64,000 bases of DNA from Eledone cirrhosa (taxonomy: Eukaryota), in the NCBI GenBank assembly GCA_964016885.1, contig OZ024740.1:352346001-352410000 (forward strand), given 5' to 3'. Both the position numbers and the translations under genes were made by a program. Position 1 is the stretch's first letter. Each line of letters starts with the position of its first letter. Under the pieces are notes generated by a model. The model was not told the DNA's origin, did not search any database, and saw only the letters and a list, made by a program, of their open reading frames with translations. Positions 10,374 through 23,118 of this stretch are shown piece by piece.

Positions 10374-12000
10374 GATATTAACAAATGGAAACTATATATA
10401 TAAAACCATATTTATTTCATTATACATATCTCAAGGACACCAAGTTAAATTATGATGTGCTTTCATCAGATAAAATATAATATATAGCAGTTTTATAAAT
10501 AAATATTGACATACCCTTAAAGAATGCAACCATTACTGTTGGAAGCTCCCGGATAGTGGAGATATATCTTTAATTATACTATTAGGTAAGTTAGTATTGG
10601 ATATTTTTAAATAAGCCGTTGGGTTACAGAGAAAGAGAGAGAGAGAGAAGAACAAGAGAGAGAAAAGAGAGAGAGAAAAAAGAAAAGAGAGAGAGGCGAA
10701 AGAGAAAGGAGAGAGGGCGAAAACTCTAAGTGATAGGTTGTTGAGTTATCTTAACATTTGAGATGAAATGATTAATAAAATTAGAAATGTAAATAATCAT
10801 GAATGGAAGATACATATATAATATGATAATTTTAACCATTGTTTAAATGATTAAATGTTTAGTTAATCAATTAAAATATTGAGATCAATACATTAAAAAT
10901 TGAGATCTATATACTAAGAAATCTATATATTATTATTAAGACTATATTATTAAAACTCTATATATTATTAGAAGAATATAACACATATACACACGCAAAT
11001 ATACATACATATAAATATATATACACACGTATAAACATATATACATATCTATCTACGTATATAATATATACATACAAAATATAAAGGATTTTTTAATTTA
11101 AGATATAGGAATCTTATAAAATCAGAGAAAATCATTTCTATGTAATATCAAAGCAGCGTGAAGTAAAATTACGTTATTTAGTTATATAAATGTTACAATT
11201 GTTAAGATATTAAAGGAAATTTTATGTTATACACACTTTATGTTATTATACAAATTATTTTTATATATAAGTTTTATATTTAATAAGATTACCTGTTATG
11301 TAGTTATGACCGTTATTATATATGTTTATTTGTCATGAACCTTAGGATAATCCTTATAAATAAGTGCAATCGAATTGTATGCATATACACACACATATAT
11401 ATATATATACACACACAATTCACACATATACATACATAGACGTACCCACACAAATAGGTAGATATGCATCACATATATATATACATACAGATACATATAC
11501 ACACATAAATATACGTACATGTATATCAATACACACATACACATACATATATATACATACATATAGAGAGAGAAATAGATATATAAATACAGTAAATATT
11601 ATAATTGAAGTACATAAAATACAAATGAATTATATTACGATTTGGAAATATAATTATAAGCAATATAACTTTAAAACAATATAACTTTAAAAATATTATA
11701 GAATATTTCAAGTTATATTGTTTTAAAATAATAATATGTTTAATAAATTTAGTATAAAATTTTCTACGTATATTTAACTTAATTTTATATCTATAAGAGA
11801 AAGAAAAAGAAACTTTCAAAAAATATTTTCCCCTTTTAAGAGCTTTCAGTATATTTCTCTAGAAGAGTTTATTATATTTATTTATATTTAGGAAGAAAAG
11901 TTTTTTTTACTTGAGTGTATAAGCAGTAAAAAAAATGAAGGAATCTAATGATTTATCGATAGGTTCAATATATTAATAGAATTAATTAATTAATTATATA

Positions 12001-12453
12001 TTACATTTTAAATTTATATTTAAACGTTGAGTTCAATCTATGTCTACAGCAACTGAATAAATTGTTCCTTAGGTTCATGGAATTTTTGGTCTTTAATATA
12101 AAGAATATTTCCTCTATACAAAGATCACAATTTTCTGAAGAGGAGTTAAAAGGAGTAGCTTTTGAAATAATATTCCAAATCAACGAATATTCAACGTTCT
12201 TTAGTTTGAGGTCCCATAATAAGCTAGATAGAGAAGTTAAAGATTTTTTGTTTGGATTCGTAAAAGAATTTTTATGATTATTGAAACGGGATTTAAACTC
12301 TGTGGAAGTGGATCCCACATAATTAAATGAATTTAAATTAGTTTTTACATTACAATTATATACTATATTTTTAGCTAAGCAATTGTTATTTAACAATAAA
12401 GATTTTATTAAACAATTAATAGAAAAATCAGACTCTTTTATAAGAAGAATCAT
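12001..12453 (-). mobile_element. Penelope-like element GIY-YIG endonuclease fragment (5'-truncated)
   Basis: NIVY...YVGSTSTEFKSRFNNHKNSF...TSLSSLLW...W.II...CDLCIEE...N.R.....CRH: GIY-YIG motifs with the catalytic R, E and N positions and a CxxC before the Glu. Confidence 0.85.
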
Positions 12454-12699
12454 GTGCTCAAAGGAGAAGAAATCCTGAGCTCTTTAAAATATAATATGTT
12501 GAAAAGGTAACACACTAGAGAGAGATATACAGTGCACGATCAATAAAACAGGGAAAAAACCACCAGTGTATGGAATCTATAACCTATGAAAGGCAGACTA
12601 TAGACACGATAATTAAAAATATAAATTAAAGCGTAAATAAATACCTCTATAACTATATAACACACGTACAAATCCAAAGAGATCTGTTTCGCCAGTAAG

Positions 12700-12915
12700 T
12701 TGTTGACAGAAATGAAATAACCCCGGTTCCTCAGCTTCAGACAACACTAAGAGAATTTTAGCGCCAAACTTTTCCTTTTGAAAGAAAAATGGCGCCAAAC
12801 TTTTCCTTTTGAAAGAATGTGATTTGTCACGTGATTGTGTTCACGTGATATTACCTCTAAATATGTGAATACGTACACAGCATTCTCCTCACGAAGGGCG
12901 AGAGTGGCGATCGCA
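12700..12915. promoter_or_regulatory. Putative CpG-enriched promoter: two TCACGTGA E-boxes, AAAATGGCG (YY1-like) and duplicated GCGCCAAA (E2F-like) sites
   Basis: GTCACGTGA at ~12826, TTCACGTGA at ~12840, AAAAATGGCGCCAAAC at ~12786, within a CpG-poor background. No linked CDS identified. Confidence 0.4.
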
Positions 12916-13077
12916 AACATATATACATATACACACAAACACACCACATATATATATATATATATATACACGCAGAAACACACACATACAATAACGACTA
13001 GTACTACGATTCTGGAGGAGCGAATGATGGAGAAGATGAAGCTCTCTGCCGCAAAATAAATGGTATTTAATTTTAAT

Positions 13078-13261
13078 AATAATTGTTTCTACATTTGGCA
13101 CAAGGCCAGCAATTACCCAGTACGTTACTGGTACTTTATTTTATCGACCCCGTAAGGATGAAAGGCAAAGTTAACCTCGGCAGGATTTGAACTCAGATCG
13201 TAAGGCGACGTAACTATGCTGGAAAGCATGTCCGACCCTCTACCGATACTGCCAATTCACC
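13078..13261 (-). mobile_element. Nin-domain SINE
   Basis: Colinear with 8121-8304. Confidence 0.85.
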
Positions 13262-13762
13262 GAATACTAATAATATATATATATATATTTCTTAATTGAA
13301 TTGATTATCATTATCGTTTTTATGGCAAAAGATAGACAGAGAGGGCAAGAGATAGACAGAGGGAAAGATTTTGACATATATATATATATATGATAGAAAG
13401 AAGAGAGAAAAACGAGACCCTTAGAAACGAATAAGAGTCATCAAAGCGATCATATGTATTGCTTTAAACTGTAATGCGAAGGGATACACTAGTATTTGAG
13501 GTAAGATCATTTGGGATTTTAACCCTTGGACTTTTCCCTCCCAGTTTTTTTAATTTAGGGGTGACTGGGAATATTACATAATGTAGGGATTTTCTTTTAC
13601 TTTTCTATCATTTCTTATTTATGTATTTATATATTTATTTACCTACTCTCATGATTGATATTCCGACAAATGTTAGGGGTGTATTTTGGTTTTTTATTAT
13701 GTCAGGTATAGCATCCAAAAATTTCTCCCTTCCCCCGATATATATATATATACATACAAACA

Positions 13763-13840
13763 CAGTGTCCAAAAAAATGTATACACACTTCAACAGCAAA
13801 GTAATCAAAGTGTGTATATATTTTGGAGGGGACACCGTGT
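13763..13840. mobile_element. Tc1/mariner-type MITE (short copy)
   Basis: Inverted ends CAGTGTCC..ATGTATACACACTT / AAGTGTGTATATATTTT..GGACACCG. Same family as 33100-33204 and 57803-58183. Confidence 0.6.
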
Positions 13841-14128
13841 GTATATATATATGTGTGTGTGTGTGTATGTGTAACTAGAAAAACTGTAAAAACGCAGCGG
13901 TATATTCTAATTTGGTCCTTTTAAGGGCCACCTATATTTTCATTTAAGTAACTCCACTTACGCGTGGTAGTAATACGGAAATAAATGATGTTTTGCTTTC
14001 ATCGGCTGCTTCGACTGACAGCTAATAGCGTTGTAGTGCCTATTTACGTGTTCAGGAATTGCCTCACCTAACGCTCTTTGACTGCAAAACAACATTCCAT
14101 TCTACCCACTTCTATCAGCTATTCATTA

Positions 14129-14475
14129 GGTGGATTGGCAGTGTCAGTAGAGGGTCGGACACCATGCTTTGACGCATAGAGTTACGGCCCTTGCCATTCT
14201 GAGTTCAAATTCCGCCGAGGTTAACTTTGCCTTTCATCCTTACGGGGTCGATAAAATAAAGTACCAGTAATGCACTGGGCAATTGCTGGCCTTGTGCCAA
14301 AAGTAAAAACAATTATTTTATAACACCGTTCTGAGTTCAAATCCTGCCGAGGTTAGCTTTGCCTTTCATCCTTACGGGGTCGATAAAATAAAGCACCAGT
14401 AAGTACTGGGGTCGATTTAATCGACTTTCCCCCTCCTTTTAAATTGCTGGCCTTGTGTCTGAAGTAGAAATAATT
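14129..14475 (+). mobile_element. Two tandem Nin-domain SINEs (full-length 14129-14313; 5'-truncated 14328-14475)
   Basis: Both carry GAGTTCAAAT..GCCGAGG..TTTGCCTTTCATCCTTACGGGGTCGATAAAATAAAG. TTTTATAACACCGT follows each copy, a likely TSD of the second. Confidence 0.85.
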
Positions 14476-14674
14476 ATTTTATAACACCGTAATATTACCT
14501 CCACTGGACATTTTTCTTCATTTGCTTTTTGTTTCTGGACTTGTGGATATTTATACGCCTAAATGTATATTGACGTATGGTTTGTATAGTTTGCCAGAAA
14601 AGGGCTTATTAAAAATATAAGCTTCTTATATGTCAAGGTGAATGCAAATTGACAAAATATACCAAAGTTCTTTG

Positions 14675-15130
14675 TCATCCTTTTATGCCCGTTTCCCCAT
14701 GCTTGCATCTGTTGGGCTGGTCATCTCTCCACTCGTTGCATTCCTTCATCATCTCTGTGAAGTTCATTTTGAGATCCGTTCTGACCACTTCTGCCCAAAT
14801 ATTTCTTGGCCTTCCTCTATTGCAGTTTCCTTCCACTGGAAATGCCTGGCACTTCACCCAACACACATAATCCATATGCATCACATGTCCACACCAGCAA
14901 AATCTTCTCTCTCACATACTACATTTGATTCCTCTTATACTCAGTTTCTCTCACAACCCATCCATGTTTACTATTTATGCACATTAACATCATATCCCCT
15001 GCATTTACTGCCCATGTTTCACTTCCTTGCAGCATCATACTTCGCACACAGGCATCATGCAGCCAGCCTTTCATTTGTAGAGAGAAAAATCTTTTGTTGT
15101 CAACAGAAGTAGTAGCTGCCTTAATGTTTT
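14675..15130 (-). mobile_element. Degraded RTE LINE 3' fragment
   Basis: Translates to C..F.VEG...RGRPRNIW.EVV..DL, matching the C-terminus of the 15878-16870 ORF. Confidence 0.7.
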
Positions 15131-15639
15131 CAATCTCTTCTTATATTGCTTTCAGATTTGAATCTGTAACATAGATCATGATCGTCTTTGAGATCTTTTA
15201 TTTGCTGATGACTTGGCTGTGATCACAAAATATGTCAAACAAATAAAAGGGTCAAGAGACTAAAAACTTAACAGTTACAATGCTAGTTAGTAACAGAGAG
15301 TATCCCCAAGTAACATCAGGAAAGTAATTTGCCCAACAAGGAAGTTGATTGAAATTTTACACTGTTTCTGGATAAAGGTGTATGAAGGATGTAAGGGTAT
15401 TCTTTGAAGCTAACAGAGGACTAGTACTTCAAATGATCAAGATGTACAGAAGTACATACAAACAATGAAGGCATCAAATGCGCAACTGAGCAATGTAATA
15501 TGAAATACAGAATGGGCATAAAAATATTGATTTGAAAAACTATAGTGATGTGATAAACTCCATATGAACAAATTAACAATAGTGTGGTAAAATCCAAATA
15601 GATAAATTTATTTATTCTAAAATATATTATTTGGAGAAA

Positions 15640-18260
15640 ATATTTAACCACAAATATTATCACTTCTAGAGAATTTTTCACTACAGATATCACAGTGGTA
15701 TAGTCTCTTACCTGTGTGAATACATTTGCGTTGAGAGAATTTGTTACCACATATATCACATTGGTATGGTCTTTCTCCAGTGTGAATACATACATGGCAA
15801 GACAAATGACCCTTTGGTGTTCATCAGGGCTCCGTTCTTAGCCCCTACTATTTATTATTGCCCTTCAGGCTATAACAGTGGAGTTCAAGACCGGCTGCCC
15901 ATGGGAACTCCTATACGCAGATGATCTAACGCTCATAGCTAAATCAATGGCTGAACTAGAGAAGAAATTCCAAACATGGAAGCATGGCCTAGAATCAAAA
16001 GGCCTTAAAATTAACCTGTCTAAGACTAAAGTTCTAGTTTGTAGGAAGGAAAATAGGGCACCGGTCCCATCCGGGAAATGGCCATGCTCAGTGTGTAGGA
16101 AAGGAGTAGGTAGAAACTCCATTTTATGTCCCAAATGCAAAGTATGGGTGCATAAAAGATGTAGTGGGATCACGGGTAAGCTAACTAAGAATATAGATTT
16201 TATATATGGCCGGTGCTCTGGTGCAATAAGTAGCAGCAAGTGCCCACTGAATACTAGCTCATTCCATTGCACAGATGGTTCTATAGAAATAGTGGACACC
16301 TTCCGTTACTTGGGTGACAAAATCAGCAGTGGTGGAGGGTGCTCTGAAAGTACAGTAGCTAGAGTCAGAACTGGATGGAAAAAGTTCAGAGAGCTTATAC
16401 CACTATTAGCCGCTAAAGGGTTCTCTCTAAAAATGAAAGGCAGGCTGTATGATGCCTGCATACGAACAGCAATGTTACATGGCAGTGAGACCTGGGCATT
16501 GTGTGCAGAGGATATACGCAGACTGGAGAGGAACGAAGCTTGCATGCTCCGCTGGATGTGTAATAGTAATATACGTGAACGGCAAAGCATAAACGAACTA
16601 AGGGAAAAATTAGAAATAAGAGGGATCAGATGTTGTTTACTCGAGAGAAGACTACGTTGGTACGGTCACGTGATGCGCATGAAAGACGACAGCTGTATAA
16701 AAAAGTGCAGGGCAATAAAAATAGACAGTAGCCACGGAGTAGGCAGACCCAGAAAAACCTGGGATGATTTGATAAATTCCGACCTCACACACTTACACCT
16801 CTCCAAGACAATGTCACTGGACCGAGATCTTTGGCGCTACACAGTAATACAGAAGACCCGCCTTACCTAAGTACAAAGTGAAACCTACTTCAGTCAGTAG
16901 GCACCTCTAACAAAAATACACCCCCGTTTCACTACCCCCACCCCATCCAACTACCCCTTTCAATGTAAAGTTATGTTGGTACCACAACATCCAGTCCGAA
17001 ACAAATGAGGTCGTGTAGGTGTCATGACAAAAAAAACACACAGTCCACGCTGTAATGTGGCCGTGTAGGTAACACGGTAAAAACCTCCCATTCCACACTG
17101 TAAACATGGATGGTGTTAGGAAGGGCATCCAGCCGTAGAAAACCCGCCAGACAGTCCTATGCGTGCAAGATAACCACTCTTGCCTCAAGTGGGAAAACTC
17201 CCGTCCAAACCCATGCAAGCGTGGAAGATGGACGTTAAACGATGATGATGATATCACATTGGTATGGTTTCTCTCCTGTGTGGATATGTTTTTGTTAAGT
17301 TAAATTACAATTCTTAGTAAATGTTTTGTCACAGATATCACATTTGTATGATCTTTCTCCGGTGTGAAGATGTTTATGGGCAGACAAATCAGCACTTCCA
17401 GAAAATGTTTTGTCACAGATATCACAGTGGTATCGTTTCTCTCCTGTGTGAATACATATGTGGCCAGATAAATGAACCTTCGTAAAAAATGTTTCATCAC
17501 ATATATTACATTTATACGGTCTTTCTCCAGTATAGATACGTTTGTGGGAAATCAAATTAGTACTTCCAGCAAATGTTTTACCACAAACATCACATTGGTA
17601 TGGTACTTTTCCTGTGTGAATACATTTGCGGGAAGACAAATAAGATCTTCCAGAAAATGTTTTATCACAGATATCACAGTGGTTTGGTTTCTCTCCTGTG
17701 TGAATATGCTTGTGTCTTGATAAATGAGAATTTTGTGAAAATGTTTTATTACAGATATCACAGCTATAAGGTCTTTCTCCCGAATGAATTTGTTTGTGGG
17801 AAGACAGATGGCTATTTCTAGTAAATGCATCACCACAGATATCACAGTAGAATGGTCTTTCTCCTGTATGAATACATTTTTGGGAAACTAAATTATCAGT
17901 CTCAGAGAATGTTTAACCACAAACTTCACAATGGTATGGTTTCTCCCCTGTGTGAATACGTTTGTAAGTAGATAAATTACCCTTTTGAGAGAAACTTTTA
18001 TCACAGATATCACATTGGTATGATCTTTCCCCCATGTCAATACGTTTGTAGGATTTTAAACTGCCAGTTGTAGAATAGTTTACACCAAAGATATCACAAG
18101 GGTGTAATCTTTTCCCTGTGTGAATATGTTTATGAGAAGATAATATCTTGCCTGTGGTGAATGATATACCATATATACCACAAATGTGTCTTTTTACTTT
18201 TGTATTTTCTTGTGTTTGATTACATGGATTAATATTTTCAGGCTTTGCGTTCTCATCCAT
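15640..18260 (-). pseudogene. C2H2 zinc-finger array pseudogene (~14 fingers), interrupted by an RTE LINE
   Basis: Repeated CDIC..F.....L..H..IHTGE(K/R)PY units in one frame from 18260 to ~17255. In-frame stops at 17913-17915 and 17295-17297, many Zn-ligand substitutions, last fingers at ~15660-15815 beyond the LINE. Confidence 0.85.
15816..17250 (+). mobile_element. 5'-truncated RTE-clade LINE (RT C-terminal part, Cys-rich domain, 3' UTR, (ATG)n tail)
   Basis: [10 protein letters not shown] (frameshifted), then ORF 15878-16870 with LLYADD, GLKINLSKTK, CSVC...CPKC..WVHKRC, YLG, GSETW, LRWYGHV, GRPRKTW. Ends GGACGTTAAACGATGATGATG. Confidence 0.92.
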
Positions 18261-18647
18261 AACTTTCTCTTTTAATCTATATTTCTTTGTATGATGGTCT
18301 TCATTAAAACTTGATAATCTGGACTCTATTAAGATAGAATTTTGTAATTAATAACCAACAACTAAAGGTTCATTCAAATAAATTCAATGATATATCCAGA
18401 TATCAAAATCTGAACACATAAAACAGCTAAAACTTCAAGGTAAATCTTCCAAGTTTAATCTGTACCGAAAATCTTTCAGTAAACATTTGTAGTAATTTTT
18501 GTAAATAATTCCAATTGCAAAGAAATATTTTACATTCATTCGACTAAGAGATATAATCACTGGCTGATACCATCTTTAGTCTTCAAAATTTGATAAATAT
18601 GTTAATCTTCAGTGAAATATTTTTGTATCTCTGTCGTCTGATGATAA

Positions 18648-20402
18648 CACTGGTTTACAAGTTTTTGGTGTTTAGGAAATAGACATCATTCCTATACAAA
18701 ATCAGTCTCCTGAATCCAAATATAACCTTTTTTGACCTATAAGATCTAGTTTTTAAGTTACTGAATATCCCTATAGTCACTATGTATGTGTGTACGTCCA
18801 GTACACAGTGTTCGTTACCTTATTCTAATTCTAAGTTTGTTTTTTTTCCATACTTTTTAGATGTTGTGGTGAAGTAAGCAATAGAAAATGAACAAGATGT
18901 CCTCTTCAAGAAAGTGTTGTGTTAATTCTCCAAATGTGTTTTGTTATGTTTGTGGAGAATACACATTATGTGAAAATCGAAAAACATCACTGATTTTGTT
19001 GAAAGAGCGTATGTGGCATATTTTGGGGTCAAGCTGAGAGACCAAGATAAATATTGGGCACCACATAGTGTCTGCAAACACTGTACAGAACATTTGTGAC
19101 AATGGACTAAAGAGACAAGGAAAAGTATGAGGTTTGCTATACCAATGGTATGGCAGGAGCCCTATAATCACGTGGATAATTTTGTAACCTAAATTTGAAG
19201 GGTATTAACCGGAAAAATCGACAAATACTTCTCTATCCTAATCTTGCCTCTGCTATTAGACCAGTTCCACACAGTGAAGAGCTTCCTGTTCCTGTCTTCA
19301 ATGTCTTGCCTCGGATAACTTTACCCTCAACCAAGAAGATTCATCACCTGAAGATGACACTAGAGATCAAGACTTTTCAGTAGAAACTTCACCCCAGCTA
19401 TTCTCCCAGGTAGAGCTGAATGAGCTAGTTCGTGACTTGAACCTCCCAAAAAATTCTGCAGAACTGTTGGCTTCCCGACTGAAAGAGAAGAATCTTGTAG
19501 AGAATGGTGTCCGTATAACCTTTTATCGTTAGAGCTGCCAATATATTGGAAGAACCTTTAGTTGAGCGAGATAAGATCATTTTGCCCCCTTTGCACATCA
19601 AACTCGGATTGATCAAGCAATTTGTCAAAGCTCTTGACAAAAATGGGGACTGCTTCAAGTATATCTGCAGTATATTTCCAGACTTGACGATTGAAAAACT
19701 TAAAGCAGGGACTTTTGATGGACCTCAGATCCGTAAGCTCTTGAAGGACACAAATTTCGTAAAAACGATGCGCGAAAATGAAGCATCAGCTTGGCTAGCC
19801 TTTGCAGAAGTAGTGCAAAATTTCCTTGGGAAACACAAACGTGAAAACTATAAAGGCCATGTTTCCAACTTGATATCAACTTTTCGAGATATTGGCTCGA
19901 ATATGAGCATCAAAATGCATTATCTTTTTAGTCATCTTGATCGTTTTCCTGAAAATCTCGGAGATGTTAGCGATGAACAAGGCGAATGATTCCATCAGGA
20001 CATCAAGTATATGGAAACTCGGTACCAATGACATTGGGACGCTGTGATGATGGCAGACTAATGCTGGTATTTAAAATGAGATACTCCTGTTGTTCAACAT
20101 TCACGGTGCACAAAGAAGCGTAAATTTATTCCTTAAATTTTCTGCCAAAAATCTTTGCCAATGTGCATTTTCAATTTTGAATTTTTATTTGTACTTTGTT
20201 TTGTTTTGTCTTACACTTTCTTTATTGATTCATATTATATGCCTCTTGTATGAATTAAATACTTACTCTATCAGGTCTAGTCAGAAAACTAGACCTGATA
20301 GAAAAAAACTGAAGTTATTTTTTTATTTAGCTGGCAAAATCATTTAAGAATTCGTTGAAATATTCCAGAGACCAGACAAAAAGATTTTTTTGTTGCCCAG
20401 TG
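18648..20402 (+). mobile_element. Chapaev3-like (CMC) DNA transposon, internally deleted, with transposase remnants
   Basis: Termini CACTGG...CCAGTG flanked by a 3-bp TAA TSD. Transposase motifs LYPNLASAIRPVPH, LPPLHIKLGLIKQFVKAL, FDGPQIRKL, SHLDRFPENLGDVSDEQGE with stops and frameshifts. Superfamily assignment is from recall of termini and motifs. Confidence 0.8.
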
Positions 20403-21949
20403 TAATCTGTATTAAAAGACAACATAGTATATAATGAACAGTGAAGTGATGACATGAAGATTATTGTAGAGAGGATATTTAATGACATGTATTGAAAGTT
20501 AGAATAGCCAGAAAGAGTTAAGACATATTCACTCTGATAGAGATGTAGTGGAGATGGATGAAACTTGGAGGACTGTGGGTGTGGAACTTGGAATACAGAC
20601 CTTCAGAGAAGACCAGAATATTAATAGAACATCCTAAAATTATTACATCTTTTACTTGATCCAAGTAAAATTCAAAAACTTGAATGCAATTGTACTTAAA
20701 AAACATCTTGTTCCAGAACATAATGCTTTGCCTGATCCTGGAATTGAACTTACAATCTTATGATCAAAGACCCAAGGTCAAAGACCCAAGGTATTAGGCC
20801 ATGTAAAGATTATATCTACAGTTGGAATTAAAATCAAGGAAGCTTTCTGAATCTAATGGGAAATTGTGCAATAAGGCCTTTTGCATTTCATATGTTCATT
20901 CATCTAAACTACTACAAGCAACTTTTCACTCACAAGAGACAATCTGCAACTGCATTGTCTACCAATGTGGCTTACATAATCATAGCTAGTTTTACTGAGG
21001 GTCACTAATTGGTTAATTTAGCAGATGCCAACATTCGATATTGTAATGGCAATACAAGACTTCACACCCTATCCACAGAATATCATTTATTGTGATCACA
21101 CTGGTTGGCCAATTCAATCCCTGATTGAAGTTGAATTAACAAAGGAAGGACTTCACAAAGGAGTTGGTACAATACCTGAACCAGCTCCCCATAAATCTAG
21201 CAAGGAGAGACATAATCAAGATCACTTTAAGAGGGGGAAAATCTTATGAAAATTGTCATTTGTTATAACTAGTATTTGACAAGTCGATTGTTTGGTGTTC
21301 CCATAATGTAGTGGAAATTTGTGAACACAAGTTTACTGAATCTGCTGAGATATAATACTGCTTAATCTAAGCTTTCAACACCACTTCTATTTAAAAATGC
21401 ATCTAATAATGTTTTTCTTGTTGCAAATTTAGTCATTCCAAAAACTGGAAAAGAAAGAAGGTATTTTTAAAATTTTAAATAAATATGATTTACAAAAGAA
21501 ATAAATTAATAAAAATTATTGCTGTACTCACTCAATTACACATTACAACTGGGAATGCTAGTATTTCCCTCTAAAAATATTTTTAAGTATGCCAATACAC
21601 TGACAGCATTGCAGCTTGTAATAGAGAGCCTGAATCACTGGAATAGCCATGCATCCTCACAAGTATCATCCAATACTTCAGTAAGACGACCCGCCAACAA
21701 TAACAAAAATCTCATCTGCTGACCAGTTCCCACAAACGTCTTGAGTACCAAAGGATGAAAAATGTAATTTACCGACAAATCATGTATTTCAGTCATTTAT
21801 TCCCAAAACTCTCTACTCTCTAACTATTCGCCCAACATGATGTTTGAAAATGTTGCATTGTCAGCATTCTTAAATGAAACCTCCCTTCAATCATAGATCC
21901 ACTTATGTTCAACTTCCCATTCTCATTGATAAAACAAGTTTGTTAAGAG

Positions 21950-22085
21950 AATTGGCAGAATCGTTAAAGTGGCAGAAGAAATGCCTTACAAAATTTATTC
22001 CGTTTTTTTACGTTCTGGGTTTAAACCCCCACCGAATTCAATTTTGCCTTGCATTCTTCGAGGGTCGATAAATAAAGTTCCTGTC
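21950..22085 (+). mobile_element. Diverged Nin-domain SINE
   Basis: TTGGCAGAATCG head and TTTTGCCTTGCATTCTTCGAGGGTCGATAAATAAAG core. Confidence 0.65.
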
Positions 22086-23118
22086 AGATGTAGTGGACTG
22101 GCAGTGGTTAGCACGTGGCAGAGAATGCCGACACTGCATTCTGAGTTCATCAACGCTCAGTTTAACACCACTACCTGGCCTTTGGGAAACTTTAACGAAG
22201 TCTACTCTGTTACAAACACTCAAGTCGAATCCCCAGTTTGAGAATAGCTTTATCCCTCCTAGACCCTGGAGCAGTGGTGATTGCCCTTCTCCCTAAGCGA
22301 TAACAAAATAAAAATGTCACAATTTTGACCGGCGTGAAGGAAGATAAGTGTTAAAAATAAAATAAAATGCATTTCTATAAAATTAGATTAACTACGGACG
22401 TTAAATCAAAAATGAATCACAGATTATGACAAAAAGCAGAGATGATGTAGAAATGTAAATAAAAAGAGGCATTTTTTATGAGAGAAATATTTTAAATATA
22501 TACATAATACTTACATAACAGATGAAACAACGAAAGATGTGTTGAAGTAATTAGCAGATAATTAATTATTACAAGACAGCATGACTAAATGTAAAGGAAA
22601 AATAATATATCTACATTGTTTACAGATTTTAAAAAATGAGTGCATGACATTCATTGTAAGGAAACAAGTTACTTCTAATTAGTAGAGAATACTATAGTTT
22701 TGTTGTTTAATACCGGGTCCAATCAAGTTTTTTTTTTCATGCTTTTAATATTAAATATGCTTCTGCTATGTCTATTTCCTTTTACATTCAGTTATTAAGT
22801 ATCTAGGATTACATTATCCAAAGTTCCCTTCCTTTCTAAGGAGTGATTTGAAGGATAATTTATAGAAGTTCTGTAATCGTGTATAGTCCTTTGTTTACAT
22901 TGATCATAAAATCTTCCATGCTTTTAATTTCTCAACATTGTTCTATTTAAGACACTGTTGTAGTTTTCTCCTTCCATGTGCTAACTCGTAACTCTAATAC
23001 CGTATGTCACTATTCTCAAATAACTTAAGATAATAATTAATTTAAGATATTCCATTCCTTCTTTGTTTTACTTTTTAGTTTTTGTTTCCCTATTTTTTTC
23101 TAAATCTTAATTCGTCTA

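Noticed and set aside
10410-10475. CTGATGA on the minus strand (and at 60860) as further hammerheads
   Set aside because: No compatible stem I/II and GAAA-N-UH arrangement could be built.
20950-21250. Weak ankyrin-like peptide ADANIRYCNGNTRLH
   Set aside because: Single short match surrounded by stops; not supportable without a profile search.
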